Shown here piece by piece: positions 14,961-29,689 of a DNA stretch of 64,000 bases (the first letter of the stretch is position 1; every line of letters starts with the position of its first letter). Origin of the DNA: Eledone cirrhosa (taxonomy: Eukaryota). The stretch spans positions 331,638,001-331,702,000 of the forward strand of contig OZ024742.1 in the NCBI GenBank assembly GCA_964016885.1. Reading direction: 5' to 3'. Below the pieces are notes generated by a model, which worked only from the letters and a program-made list of their open reading frames with translations, was not told the DNA's origin and made no database searches. The translations under genes and the position numbers were made by a program.

Positions 14961-17900
14961 ACACTGAACACTGAACACTGAATATTGAAGGTTATTTCTG
15001 GCAGAAGAGAGGATTTAGTGGCAGTTAGGGTGAACACTGAACACTGAATATTGAATATTGAAGGTTATTTTTGGCAGAAGAGAGGATTTAGTGGCAGTTG
15101 GGGTTAACACTGAACACTGAATATTGAAGGTTATTTTTGCAGAAGAGAGGATTTAGTGGCAGTTGGGGTGAACACTGAACACTGATCACTGAATATTGAA
15201 GGTTATTTTTGGCAGACGAGAGGATTTAGTGGCAGTTGGGGTGAACACTGAACACTGAATATTGAATATTGAAGGTTATTTTTGGCAGAAGAGAGGATTT
15301 AGTGGCAGTTGGGGTGAACACTGAACACTGAATATTGAATATTGAAGGTTATCTTTGCAGAAGAGAGGATTTAGTGGCAGTTGGGGTGAACACTGATCAC
15401 TGAATATTGAATATTGAAGGTTATTTTTGCAGAAGAGAGGATTTAGTGGCAGTTGGGGTGAACACTGAACACTGAATATTGAATATTGAAGATTATTTTT
15501 GCATAAGAGAGGATTTAGTGGCAGTTGGGTGAACACTGAACGCTGAACACTGAATATTGGAGGTTCTTTTTGCAGAAGAGAGGATTTAGTGACAGTTGGG
15601 GTGAACACTGAACACTGAATATTGAAGGTTATTTTTGGCAGAAGAGAGGATTTAGTGGCAGTTGGGGTGAACACTGAACACTGAATATTGAATATTGAAG
15701 GTTATTTTTGGCAGAAGAGAGGATTTAGTGGCAGTTGGGGTGAACACTGAACGCTGATTATTGAAGGTTATTTTTGGCAGAAGAGAGGATTTAGTGGCAG
15801 TTTGGGTGAACATTGAACACTGAATATTGAATATTGAAGGTTATTTTTGGCTGAAGAGAGGATTTAGTGGCAGTTGGGGTGAACACTGAACACTGAATAT
15901 TGAAGGTTATTTTTGGCAGAAGATAGGATTTAGTGGCAGTTGGGGTGAACACTGAACACTGAACACTGAATATTGAAGGTTATTTTTGGCAGAAGAGAGG
16001 ATTTAGTGGCAGTTGGGGTGAACACTGAACACTGAATATTGAAGGTTATTTTTGCAGAAGAGAGGATTTAGTAGCAGTTGGGGTGAACACTGAACACTGA
16101 ACACTGAATATTGAAGGTTATTTTTGCAGAAGAGAGGGTTTAGTGGCAGTTGGGGTGAACACTGAACACTGAATATTGAATATTGAAGGTTATTTTTGGC
16201 AGAAGAGAGGATTTAGTGGCAGTTTGGGTGAACACTGAACACTGAATATTGAAGGTTATTTTTGGCAGAAGAGAGGATTTAGTGGCAGTTTGGGTGAACA
16301 CTGAACACTGAATATTGAATATTGAAGGTTATTTTTGGCAGAAGAGAGGATTTAGTGGCAGTTGGGGTGAACACTGAATACTGATGTTTGAAGGTTATTT
16401 TTGGCAGAAGATAGGATTTAGTGGCAGTTGGGGTGAACATTGAACACTGAATATTGAATATTGAAGGTTATTTTTGTCAGAAGAGAGGATTTAGTGGCAG
16501 TTGGGTTGAACACTGAACACTGAATATTGAAGGTTATTTTTGCAGAAGAGAGGATTTAGTGGCAGTTGGGGTGAACACTAAACACTGAATGTTGAATATT
16601 GAAGGTTATTTTTGGCAGAAGAGAGGATTTAGTGGCAGTTGGGCTGAACACTGAACACTGAATATTGAATATTGAAGGTTATTTTTGGCAGAAGAGAGGA
16701 TTTAGTGGCAGTTGGGGTGAACACTGAACACTGAATATTGAACATTGAAGGTTATTTTTGGCAGAAGAGAGGACTTAGTGGCAGTTGGGGTGAACACTGA
16801 ACACTGAATATTGAAGGATATTTTTGGCAGAAGAGAGGATTTAGTGGCAGTTGGGGTCAACACTGAACACTGAACATTGAATATTGTACGTTATTTTTGC
16901 AGAAGAGAGGAGTTAGTGGCAGTTGGGTGAACACTGAACACTGAACACTGAATATTGAAGGTTCTTTTTGTAGAAGAGAGGATTTTGTGGCAGTTGGGGT
17001 GAACACTGAACACTGAATATTGAAGGTTATTTTTGGCAGAAGAGAGGATTTAGTGGCAGTTGGGGTGAACACTGAACACTGAATATTGAATATTGAAGGT
17101 TATTTTTGGCAGAAGAGAGGATTTAGTGGCAGTTGGGGTGAACACTGAACACTGAATATTGAAGGTTATTTTTGGCAGAAGAGAGGATTTAGTGGCAGTT
17201 GGGGTCAACACTGAACACTGAATATTGAATATTGAAGGTTATTTTTGCAGAAGAGAGGATTTAGTGGCAGTTGGGGTGAACACTGAACACTGAATATTGA
17301 ATATTGAAGGTTATTTTTGCATAAGACAGGATTTAGTGGCAGATGGGGTGAAAACTGAACACTGAACATTGAAGGATATTTTTGGCAGAAGAGATGATTT
17401 AGTGGCAGTTGGGGTCAACACTGAACACTGAACATTGAATATTGTAGGTTATTTTTGCAGAAGAGAGGATATAGTGGCAGTTGGGGTGAACACTGAACAC
17501 TGAATATTGAATATTGAAGGTTATTTTTGGCAGAAGAGAGGATTTAGTGGCAGTTGGGGTGAACACTGAACACTGAATATTGAATGTTATTTTTGGCAGA
17601 AGAGATGATTTAGTTGCAGTTGGGATGAACACTGAACACTGAATATTGAAGGTTATTTTTGCAGAAGAGAGGATTTAGTGGCAGTTGGGGTGAACACTGA
17701 ACACTGAATATTGAATATTGAAGGTTATTTTTTGCAGAAGAGAGGATTTAGTGGCAGTTGGGGTGAACACTGAACACTGAATATTGAAGGTTGTTTTTGC
17801 AGAAGAGAGGATTTAGTGGCAGTTGGGGTGAACACTGAACACTGAATATTGAATATTGAAGGTTATTTTTGCAGAAGAGAGGATTTAGGGGCAGTAGGGG

Positions 17901-18059
17901 TGAACACTGAACACTGAATTTTGAATATTGAAGTTTATTTTTGCAGAAGAGAGGATTTAGTGGCAGTTAGGGTGAACACTGAACACTGAATATTGAATAT
18001 TGAAGGTTATTTTTGCAGAAGAGAGGATTTAGTGGCAGTTGGGGTGAACACTGAACACT

Positions 18060-21000
18060 GAATATTGAATATTGAAAGTTATTTTTGCAGAAGAGAGGAT
18101 TTAGTGGCAGTTGGGGTGAACACTGAACACTGAATATTGAATATTGAAGTTTATTTTTGCAGAAGAGAGGATTTAGTGACAGTTGGGGTGAACACTGAAC
18201 ACTGAATATTGAATATTGAAGGTTATTTTTGCAGAAGAGAGGATTTAGTGGCAGTTGGGGTGAACACTGAACACTGAATATTGAATATTGAAGGTTATTT
18301 TTGCAGAAGAGAGGATTTAGTGGCAGTTGGGGTGAACACTGAACACTGAATATTGAATATTGAAGGTTATTTTTGCAGAAGAGAGGATTTAGTGGCAGTT
18401 GGGGTGAACAATGAACACTGAACACTGAATATTGAAGGTTATTTTTGCAGAAGAGAGGATTTAGTGGCAGTTTGGGTGAACACTGAACACTGAATATTGA
18501 ATATTGAAGGTTATTTTTGCAGAAGAGAGGATTTAGTGGCAGTTGGGGTGAACACTGAACACTGAATATTGAAGGTTGTTTTTGCAGAAGAGAGGATTTA
18601 GTGGCAGTTGGGGTGAACACTGAACACTGAATATTGAATATTGAAGGTTATTTTTGCAGAAGAGAGGATTTAGGGGCAGTAGGGTTGAACACTGAACACT
18701 GAATATTGAATATTGAAGGTTATTTTTGCAGAAGAGAGGATTTAGTGGCAGTTGGGGTGAACACTGAACACTGAATATTGAATATTGAAAGTTATTTTTG
18801 CAGAAGAGAGGATTTAGTGGCAGTTGGGGTGAACACTGAACACTGAATATTGAATATTGAAGTTTATTTTTGCAGAAGAGAGGATTTAGTGACAGTTGGG
18901 GTGAAGACTGAACACTGAATATTGAATATTGAAGGTTATTTTTGCAGAAGAGAGGATTTAGTGGCAGTTGGGGTGAACACTGAACACTGAATATTGAATA
19001 TTGAAGGTTATTTTTGCAGAAGAGAGGATTTAGTGGCAGTTGGGGTGAACAATGAACACTGAACACTGAATATTGAAGGTTATTTTTGCAGAAGAGAGGA
19101 TTTAGTGGCAGTTGGGGTGAACACTGAACACTGAATATTGAATATTGAAGGTTATTTTTGCAGAAGAGAGGATTTAGTGGCAGTGGGGGTGAACACTGAA
19201 CACTGAACACTGAATATTGAAGGTTATTTCTGGCAGAAGAGAGGATTTAGTGGCAGTTAGAGTGAACACTGAACACTGAATATTGAATATTGAAGGTTAT
19301 TTTTGCAGAAGAGAGGATTTAGGGGCAGTAGGGTTGAACACTGAACACTGAATTTTGAATATTGAAGGTTATTTTTGCAGAAGAGAGGATTTAGTGGCAG
19401 TTAGGGTGAACACTGAACACTGAATATTGAATATTGAAGGTTATTTTTGCAGAAGAGAGGATTTAGTGGCAGTTGGGGTGAACACTGAACACTGAATATT
19501 GAATATTGAAAGTTATTTTTGCAGAAGAGAGGATTTAGTGGCAGTTGGGGTGAACACTGAACACTGAATATTGAATATTGAAGTTTATTTTTGCAGAAGA
19601 GAGGATTTAGTGACAGTTGGGGTGAAGACTGAACACTGAATATTGAATATTGAAGGTTATTTTTGCAGAAGAGAGGATTTAGTGGCAGTTGGGGTGAACA
19701 ATGAACACTGAACACTGAATATTGAAGGTTATTTTTGCAGAAGAGAGGATTTAGTGGCAGTTGGGGTGAACACTGAACACTGAATATTGAATATTGAAGG
19801 TTATTTTTGCAGAAGAGAGGATTTAGTGGCAGTTGGGGTGAACACTGAACACTGAACACTGAATATTGAAGGTTATTTCTGGCAGAAGAGAGGATTTAGT
19901 GGCAGTTAGAGTGAACACTGAACACTGAATATTGAATATTGAAGGTTATTTTTGGCAGAAGAGAGGATTTAGTGGCAGTTGGGGTGAACACTGAACACTG
20001 ATCACTGAATATTGAAGGTTATTTTTGGCAGAAGAGAGGATTTAGTGGCAGTTGGGGTGAACACTGAACACTGAATATTGAATATTGAAGGTTATTTTTG
20101 GCAGAAGAGAGGATTTAGTGGCAGTTGGGGTGAACACTGAACACTGAATATTGAATATTGAAGGTTATCTTTGCAGGAGAGAGGATTTAGTGGCAGTTGG
20201 GGTGAACACTGATCACTGAATATTGAATATTGAAGGTTATTTTTGCAGAAGAGAGGATTTAGTGGCAGTTGGGGTGAACATTGAACACTGAATATTGAAG
20301 ATTATTTTTGCATAAGAGAGGATTTAGTGGCAGTTGGGTGAACACTGAACGCTGAACACTGAATATTGAAGGTTCTTTTTGCAGAAGAGAGGATTTAGTG
20401 ACAGTTGGGGTGAACACTGAATACTGAATATTGAAGGTTATTTTTGGCAGAAGAGAGGATTTAGTGGCAGTTGGGGTGAACACTGAACACTGAATATTGA
20501 ATATTGAAGGTTATTTTTGGCAGAAGAGAGGATTTAGTGGCAGTTTGGGTGAACACTGAACACTGAATATTGAATATTGAAGGTTATTTTTGGCAGAAGA
20601 GAGGATTTAGTGGCAGTTGGGGTGAACACTGAACACTGAATATTGAAGGTTATTTTTGGCAGAAGATAGGATTTAGTGGCAGTTGGGGTGAACACTGAAC
20701 ACTGAATATTGAATATTGAAGGTTATTTTTGCAGAAGAGAGGATTTAGGGGCAGTAGGGGTGAACACTGAACACTGAATTTTGAATATTGAAGTTTATTT
20801 TTGCAGAAGAGAGGATTTAGTGGCAGTTAGGGTGAACACTGAACACTGAATATTGAATATTGAAGGTTATTTTTGCAGAAGAGAGGATTTAGTGGCAGTT
20901 GGGGTGAATACTGAACACTGAATATTGAATATTGAAAGTTATTTTTGCAGAAGAGAGGATTTAGTGGCAGTTGGGGTGAACACTGAACACTGAATATTGA

Positions 21001-24000
21001 ATATTGAAGTTTATTTTTGCAGAAGAGAGGATTTAGTGACAGTTGGGGTGAAGACTGAACACTGAATATTGAATATTGAAGGTTATTTTTGCAGAAGAGA
21101 GGATTTAGTGGCAGTTGGGGTGAACAATGAACACTGAACACTGAATATTGAAGGTTATTTTTGCAGAAGAGAGGATTTAGTGGCAGTTGGGGTGAACACT
21201 GAACACTGAATATTGAATATTGAAGGTTATTTTTGCAGAAGAGAGGATTTAGTGGCAGTTGGGGTGAACACTGAACACTGAACACTGAATATTGAAGGTT
21301 ATTTCTGGCAGAAGAGAGGATTTAGTGGCAGTTAGAGTGAACACTGAACACTGAATATTGAATATTGAAGGTTATTTTTGGCAGAAGAGAGGATTTAGTG
21401 GCAGTTGGGGTGAACACTGAACACTGATCACTGAATATTGAAGGTTATTTTTGGCAGAAGAGAGGATTTAGTGGCAGTTGGGGTGAACACTGAACACTGA
21501 ATATTGAATATTGAAGGTTATTTTTGGCAGAAGAGAGGATTTAGTGGCAGTTGGGGTGAACACTGAACACTGAATATTGAATATTGAAGGTTATCTTTGC
21601 AGGAGAGAGGATTTAGTGGCAGTTGGGGTGAACACTGATCACTGAATATTGAATATTGAAGGTTATTTTTGCAGAAGAGAGGATTTAGTGGCAGTTGGGG
21701 TGAACATTGAACACTGAATATTGAAGATTATTTTTGCATAAGAGAGGATTTAGTGGCAGTTGGGTGAACACTGAACGCTGAACACTGAATATTGAAGGTT
21801 CTTTTTGCAGAAGAGAGGATTTAGTGACAGTTGGGGTGAACACTGAATACTGAATATTGAAGGTTATTTTTGGCAGAAGAGAGGATTTAGTGGCAGTTGG
21901 GGTGAACACTGAACACTGAATATTGAATATTGAAGGTTATTTTTGGCAGAAGAGAGGATTTAGTGGCAGTTTGGGTGAACACTGAACACTGAATATTGAA
22001 TATTGAAAGTTATTTTTGCAGAAGAGAGGATTTAGTGGCAGTTGGGGTGAACACTGAACACTGAATATTGAATATTGAAGTTTATTTTTGCAGAAGAGAG
22101 GATTTAGTGACAGTTGGGGTGAACACTGAACACTGAATATTGAATATTGAAGGTTATTTTTGCAGAAGAGAGGATTTAGTGGCAGTTGGGGTGAACACTG
22201 AACACTGAATATTGAATATTGAAGGTTATTTTTGCAGAAGAGAGGATTTAGTGGCAGTTGGGGTGAACACTGAACACTGAATATTGAATATTGAAGGTTA
22301 TTTTTGCAGAAGAGAGGATTTAGTGGCAGTTGGGGTGAACAATGAACACTGAACACTGAATATTGAAGGTTATTTTTGCAGAAGAGAGGATTTAGTGGCA
22401 GTTTGGGTGAACACTGAACACTGAATATTGAATATTGAAGGTTATTTTTGCAGAAGAGAGGATTTAGTGGCAGTTGGGGTGAACACTGAACACTGAATAT
22501 TGAAGGTTGTTTTTGCAGAAGAGAGGATTTAGTGGCAGTTGGGGTGAACACTGAACACTGAATATTGAATATTGAAGGTTATTTTTGCAGAAGAGAGGAT
22601 TTAGGGGCAGTAGGGTTGAACACTGAACACTGAATATTGAATATTGAAGGTTATTTTTGCAGAAGAGAGGATTTAGTGGCAGTTGGGGTGAACACTGAAC
22701 ACTGAATATTGAATATTGAAAGTTATTTTTGCAGAAGAGAGGATTTAGTGGCAGTTGGGGTGAACACTGAACACTGAATATTGAATATTGAAGTTTATTT
22801 TTGCAGAAGAGAGGATTTAGTGACAGTTGGGGTGAAGACTGAACACTGAATATTGAATATTGAAGGTTATTTTTGCAGAAGAGAGGATTTAGTGGCAGTT
22901 GGGGTGAACACTGAACACTGAATATTGAATATTGAAGGTTATTTTTGCAGAAGAGAGGATTTAGTGGCAGTTGGGGTGAACAATGAACACTGAACACTGA
23001 ATATTGAAGGTTATTTTTGCAGAAGAGAGGATTTAGTGGCAGTTGGGGTGAACACTGAACACTGAATATTGAATATTGAAGGTTATTTTTGCAGAAGAGA
23101 GGATTTAGTGGCAGTGGGGGTGAACACTGAACACTGAACACTGAATATTGAAGGTTATTTCTGGCAGAAGAGAGGATTTAGTGGCAGTTAGAGTGAACAC
23201 TGAACACTGAATATTGAATATTGAAGGTTATTTTTGCAGAAGAGAGGATTTAGGGGCAGTAGGGTTGAACACTGAACACTGAATTTTGAATATTGAAGGT
23301 TATTTTTGCAGAAGAGAGGATTTAGTGGCAGTTAGGGTGAACACTGAACACTGAATATTGAATATTGAAGGTTATTTTTGCAGAAGAGAGGATTTAGTGG
23401 CAGTTGGGGTGAACACTGAACACTGAATATTGAATATTGAAAGTTATTTTTGCAGAAGAGAGGATTTAGTGGCAGTTGGGGTGAACACTGAACACTGAAT
23501 ATTGAATATTGAAGTTTATTTTTGCAGAAGAGAGGATTTAGTGACAGTTGGGGTGAAGACTGAACACTGAATATTGAATATTGAAGGTTATTTTTGCAGA
23601 AGAGAGGATTTAGTGGCAGTTGGGGTGAACAATGAACACTGAACACTGAATATTGAAGGTTATTTTTGCAGAAGAGAGGATTTAGTGGCAGTTGGGGTGA
23701 ACACTGAACACTGAATATTGAATATTGAAGGTTATTTTTGCAGAAGAGAGGATTTAGTGGCAGTTGGGGTGAACACTGAACACTGAACACTGAATATTGA
23801 AGGTTATTTCTGGCAGAAGAGAGGATTTAGTGGCAGTTAGATTGAACACTGAACACTGAATATTGAATATTGAAGGTTATTTTTGGCAGAAGAGAGGATT
23901 TAGTGGCAGTTGGGGTGAACACTGAACACTGATCACTGAATATTGAAGGTTATTTTTGGCAGAAGAGAGGATTTAGTGGCAGTTGGGGTGAACACTGAAC

Positions 24001-25930
24001 ACTGAATATTGAATATTGAAGGTTATTTTTGGCAGAAGAGAGGATTTAGTGGCAGTTGGGGTGAACACTGAACACTGAATATTGAATATTGAAGGTTATC
24101 TTTGCAGGAGAGAGGATTTAGTGGCAGTTGGGGTGAACACTGATCACTGAATATTGAATATTGAAGGTTATTTTTGCAGAAGAGAGGATTTAGTGGCAGT
24201 TGGGGTGAACATTGAACACTGAATATTGAAGATTATTTTTGCATAAGAGAGGATTTAGTGGCAGTTGGGTGAACACTGAACGCTGAACACTGAATATTGA
24301 AGGTTCTTTTTGCAGAAGAGAGGATTTAGTGACAGTTGGGGTGAACACTGAATACTGAATATTGAAGGTTATTTTTGGCAGAAGAGAGGATTTAGTGGCA
24401 GTTGGGGTGAACACTGAACACTGAATATTGAATATTGAAGGTTATTTTTGGCAGAAGAGAGGATTTAGTGGCAGTTTGGGTGAACACTGAACACTGAATA
24501 TTGAATATTGAAGGTTATTTTTGGCAGAAGAGAGGATTTAGTGGCAGTTGGGGTGAACACTGAACACTGAATATTGAAGGTTATTTTTGGCAGAAGATAG
24601 GATTTAGTGGCAGTTGGGGTGAACACTGAACACTGAATATTGAATATTGAAGGTTATTTTTGCAGAAGAGAGGATTTAGGGGCAGTAGGGGTGAACACTG
24701 AACACTGAATTTTGAATATTGAAGTTTATTTTTGCAGAAGAGAGGATTTAGTGGCAGTTAGGGTGAACACTGAACACTGAATATTGAATATTGAAGGTTA
24801 TTTTTGCAGAAGAGAGGATTTAGTGGCAGTTGGGGTGAATACTGAACACTGAATATTGAATATTGAAAGTTATTTTTGCAGAAGAGAGGATTTAGTGGCA
24901 GTTGGGGTGAACACTGAACACTGAATATTGAATATTGAAGTTTATTTTTGCAGAAGAGAGGATTTAGTGACAGTTGGGGTGAAGACTGAACACTGAATAT
25001 TGAATATTGAAGGTTATTTTTGCAGAAGAGAGGATTTAGTGGCAGTTGGGGTGAACAATGAACACTGAACACTGAATATTGAAGGTTATTTTTGCAGAAG
25101 AGAGGATTTAGTGGCAGTTGGGGTGAACACTGAACACTGAATATTGAATATTGAAGGTTATTTTTGCAGAAGAGAGGATTTAGTGGCAGTTGGGGTGAAC
25201 ACTGAACACTGAACACTGAATATTGAAGGTTATTTCTGGCAGAAGAGAGGATTTAGTGGCAGTTAGAGTGAACACTGAACACTGAATATTGAATATTGAA
25301 GGTTATTTTTGGCAGAAGAGAGGATTTAGTGGCAGTTGGGGTGAACACTGAACACTGATCACTGAATATTGAAGGTTATTTTTGGCAGAAGAGAGGATTT
25401 AGTGGCAGTTGGGGTGAACACTGAACACTGAATATTGAATATTGAAGGTTATTTTTGGCAGAAGAGAGGATTTAGTGGCAGTTGGGGTGAACACTGAACA
25501 CTGAATATTGAATATTGAAGGTTATCTTTGCAGGAGAGAGGATTTAGTGGCAGTTGGGGTGAACACTGATCACTGAATATTGAATATTGAAGGTTATTTT
25601 TGCAGAAGAGAGGATTTAGTGGCAGTTGGGGTGAACATTGAACACTGAATATTGAAGATTATTTTTGCATAAGAGAGGATTTAGTGGCAGTTGGGTGAAC
25701 ACTGAACGCTGAACACTGAATATTGAAGGTTCTTTTTGCAGAAGAGAGGATTTAGTGACAGTTGGGGTGAACACTGAATACTGAATATTGAAGGTTATTT
25801 TTGGCAGAAGAGAGGATTTAGTGGCAGTTGGGGTGAACACTGAACACTGAATATTGAATATTGAAGGTTATTTTTGGCAGAAGAGAGGATTTAGTGGCAG
25901 TTTGGGTGAACACTGAACACTGAATATTGA
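18060..25930 (+). repeat. Tandem duplication, period 3931 bp, each copy containing a nested 1426-bp duplication
   Basis: The private CAGTGGGGGT is at 19181/23112 and GAAAG at 18074/22005. ORF pairs 18533/22464, 19401/23332, 20259/24190 and 20827/24758 are 3931 apart. Pairs 20259/21685 and 24190/25616 are 1426 apart. Confidence 0.92.
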
Positions 25931-28900
25931 ATATTGAAGGTTATTTTTGGCAGAAGAGAGGATTTAGTGGCAGTTGGGGTGAACACTGAACACTGAATAT
26001 TGAAGGTTATTTTTGGCAGAAGATAGGATTTAGTGGCAGTTGGGGTGAACACTGAACACTGAATATTGAATATTGAAGGTTATCTTTGCAGAAGAGAGGA
26101 TTTAGTGGCAGTTGGGGTGAACACTGAACACTGAATATTGAATATTGAAGATTATTTTTGCATAAGAGAGGATTTAGTGGCAGTTGGGTGAACACTGAAC
26201 GCTGAACACTGAATATTGAAGGTTCTTTTTGCAGAAGAGAGGATTTAGTGACAGTTGGGGTGAACACTGAACACTGAATATTGAAGGTTATTTTTGGCAG
26301 AAGAGAGGATTTAGTGGCAGTTGGGGTGAACACTGAACACTGAATATTGAATATTGAAGGTTATTTTTGGCAGAAGAGAGGATTTAGTGGCAGTTGGGGT
26401 GAACACTGAACGCTGATTATTGAAGGTTATTTTTGGCAGAAGAGAGGATTTAGTGGCAGTTTGGGTGAACATTGAACACTGAATATTGAATATTGAAGGT
26501 TATTTTGGGCTGAAGAGAGGATTTAGTGGCAGTTGGGGTGAACACTGAACACTGAATATTGAAGGTTATTTTTGGCAGAAGATAGGATTTAGTGGCAGTT
26601 GGGGTGAACACTGAACACTGAACACTGAATATTGAAGGTTATTTTTGGCAGAAGAGAGGATTTAGTGGCAGTTGGGGTGAACACTGAACACTGAATATTG
26701 AAGGTTATTTTTGCAGAAGAGAGGATTTAGTGGCAGTTGGGGTGAACACTGAACACTGAATATTGAATATTGAAGGTTATTTTTGCAGAAGAGAGGATTT
26801 AGTGGCAGTTGGGGTGAACAATGAACACTGAACACTGAATATTGAAGGTTATTTTTGCAGAAGAGAGGATTTAGTGGCAGTTTGGGTGAACACTGAACAC
26901 TGAATATTGAATATTGAAGGTTATTTTTGCAGAAGAGAGGATTTAGTGGCAGTTGGGGTGAACACTGAACACTGAATATTGAAGGTTGTTTTTGCAGAAG
27001 AGAGGATTTAGTGGCAGTTGGGGTGAACACTGAACACTGAATATTGAATATTGAAGGTTATTTTTGCAGAAGAGAGGATTTAGGGGCAGTAGGGTTGAAC
27101 ACTGAACACTGAATATTGAATATTGAAGGTTATTTTTGCAGAAGAGAGGATTTAGTGGCAGTTGGGGTGAACACTGAACACTGAATATTGAATATTGAAA
27201 GTTATTTTTGCAGAAGAGAGGATTTAGTGGCAGTTGGGGTGAACACTGAACACTGAATATTGAATATTGAAGTTTATTTTTGCAGAAGAGAGGATTTAGT
27301 GACAGTTGGGGTGAAGACTGAACACTGAATATTGAATATTGAAGGTTATTTTTGCAGAAGAGAGGATTTAGTGGCAGTTGGGGTGAACACTGAACACTGA
27401 ATATTGAATATTGAAGGTTATTTTTGCAGAAGAGAGGATTTAGTGGCAGTTGGGGTGAACAATGAACACTGAACACTGAATATTGAAGGTTATTTTTGCC
27501 GAAGAGAGGATTTTGTGGCAGTTGGGGTGAACACTGAACACTGAATATTGAATATTGAAGGTTATTTTTGCAGAAGAGAGGATTTAGTGGCAGTTGGGGT
27601 GAACACTGAACACTGAACACTGAATATTGAAGGTTATTTCTGGCAGAAGAGAGGATTTAGTGGCAGTTAGAGTGAACACTGAACACTGAATATTGAATAT
27701 TGAAGGTTATTTTTGCAGAAGAGAGGATTTAGGGGCAGTAGGGTTGAACACTGAACACTGAATTTTGAATATTGAAGGTTATTTTTGCAGAAGAGAGGAT
27801 TTAGTGGCAGTTAGGGTGAACACTGAACACTGAATATTGAATATTGAAGGTTATTTTTGCAGAAGAGAGGATTTAGTGGCAGTTGGGGTGAACACTGAAC
27901 ACTGAATATTGAATATTGAAAGTTATTTTTGCAGAAGAGAGGATTTAGTGGCAGTTGGGGTGAACACTGAACACTGAATATTGAATATTGAAGTTTATTT
28001 TTGCAGAAGAGAGGATTTAGTGACAGTTGGGGTGAAGACTGAACACTGAATATTGAATATTGAAGGTTATTTTTGCAGAAGAGAGGATTTAGTGGCAGTT
28101 GGGGTGAACACTGAACACTGAATATTGAATATTGAAGGTTATTTTTGCAGAAGAGAGGATTTAGTGGCAGTTGGGGTGAACAATGAACACTGAACACTGA
28201 ATATTGAAGGTTATTTTTGCAGAAGAGAGGATTTAGTGGCAGTTGGGGTGAACACTGAACACTGAATATTGAATATTGAAGGTTATTTTTGCAGAAGAGA
28301 GGATTTAGTGGCAGTTGGGGTGAACACTGAACACTGAACACTGAATATTGAAGGTTATTTCTGGCAGAAGAGAGGATTTAGTGGCAGTTAGAGTGAACAC
28401 TGAACACTGAATATTGAATATTGAAGGTTATTTTTGGCAGAAGAGAGGATTTAGTGGCAGTTGGGGTGAACACTGAACACTGATCACTGAATATTGAAGG
28501 TTATTTTTGGCAGAAGAGAGGATTTAGTGGCAGTTGGGGTGAACACTGAACACTGAATATTGAATATTGAAGGTTATTTTTGGCAGAAGAGAGGATTTAG
28601 TGGCAGTTGGGGTGAACACTGAACACTGAATATTGAATATTGAAGGTTATCTTTGCAGGAGAGAGGATTTAGTGGCAGTTGGGGTGAACACTGATCACTG
28701 AATATTGAATATTGAAGGTTATTTTTGCAGAAGAGAGGATTTAGTGGCAGTTGGGGTGAACACTGAACACTGAATATTGAATATTGAAGATTACTTTTGC
28801 ATAAGAGAGGATTTAGTGGCAGTTGGGTGAACACTGAACGCTGAACACTGAATATTGAAGGTTCTTTTTGCAGAAGAGAGGATTTAGTGACAGTTGGGGT

Positions 28901-29689
28901 GAACACTGAATACTGAATATTGAAGGTTATTTTTGGCAGAAGAGAGGATTTAGTGGCAGTTTGGGTGAACACTGAACATTGAATATTGAATATTGAAGGT
29001 TATTTTTGGCAGAAGAGAGGATTTAGTGGCAGTTGGGGTGAACACTGAACACTGAATATTGAAGGTTATTTTTGGCAGAAGATAGGATTTAGTGGCAGTT
29101 GGGGTGAACACTGAACACTGAATATTGAATATTGAAGGTTATTTTTGCAGAAGAGAGGATTTAGGGGCAGTAGGGGTGAACACTGAACACTGAATTTTGA
29201 ATATTGAAGTTTATTTTTGCAGAAGAGAGGATTTAGTGGCAGTTAGGGTGAACACTGAACACTGAATATTGAATATTGAAGGTTATTTTTGCAGAAGAGA
29301 GGATTTAGTGGCAGTTGGGGTGAATACTGAACACTGAATATTGAATATTGAAAGTTATTTTTGCAGAAGAGAGGATTTAGTGGCAGTTGGGGTGAACACT
29401 GAACACTGAATATTGAATATTGAAGTTTATTTTTGCAGAAGAGAGGATTTAGTGACAGTTGGGGTGAACACTGAACACTGAATATTGAATATTGAAGGGT
29501 ATATTTGCAGAAGAGAGGATTTAGTGGCAGTTGGGGTGAACACTGAACACTGAATGTTGAATATTGAAGGTTATTTTTGCAGAAGAGAGGATTTAGTGGC
29601 AGTTGGGGTGAACACTGAACACTGAATATTGAATATTGAAGGTTATTTTTGCAGAAGAGAGGATTTAGTGGCAGTTGGGGTGAACAATG

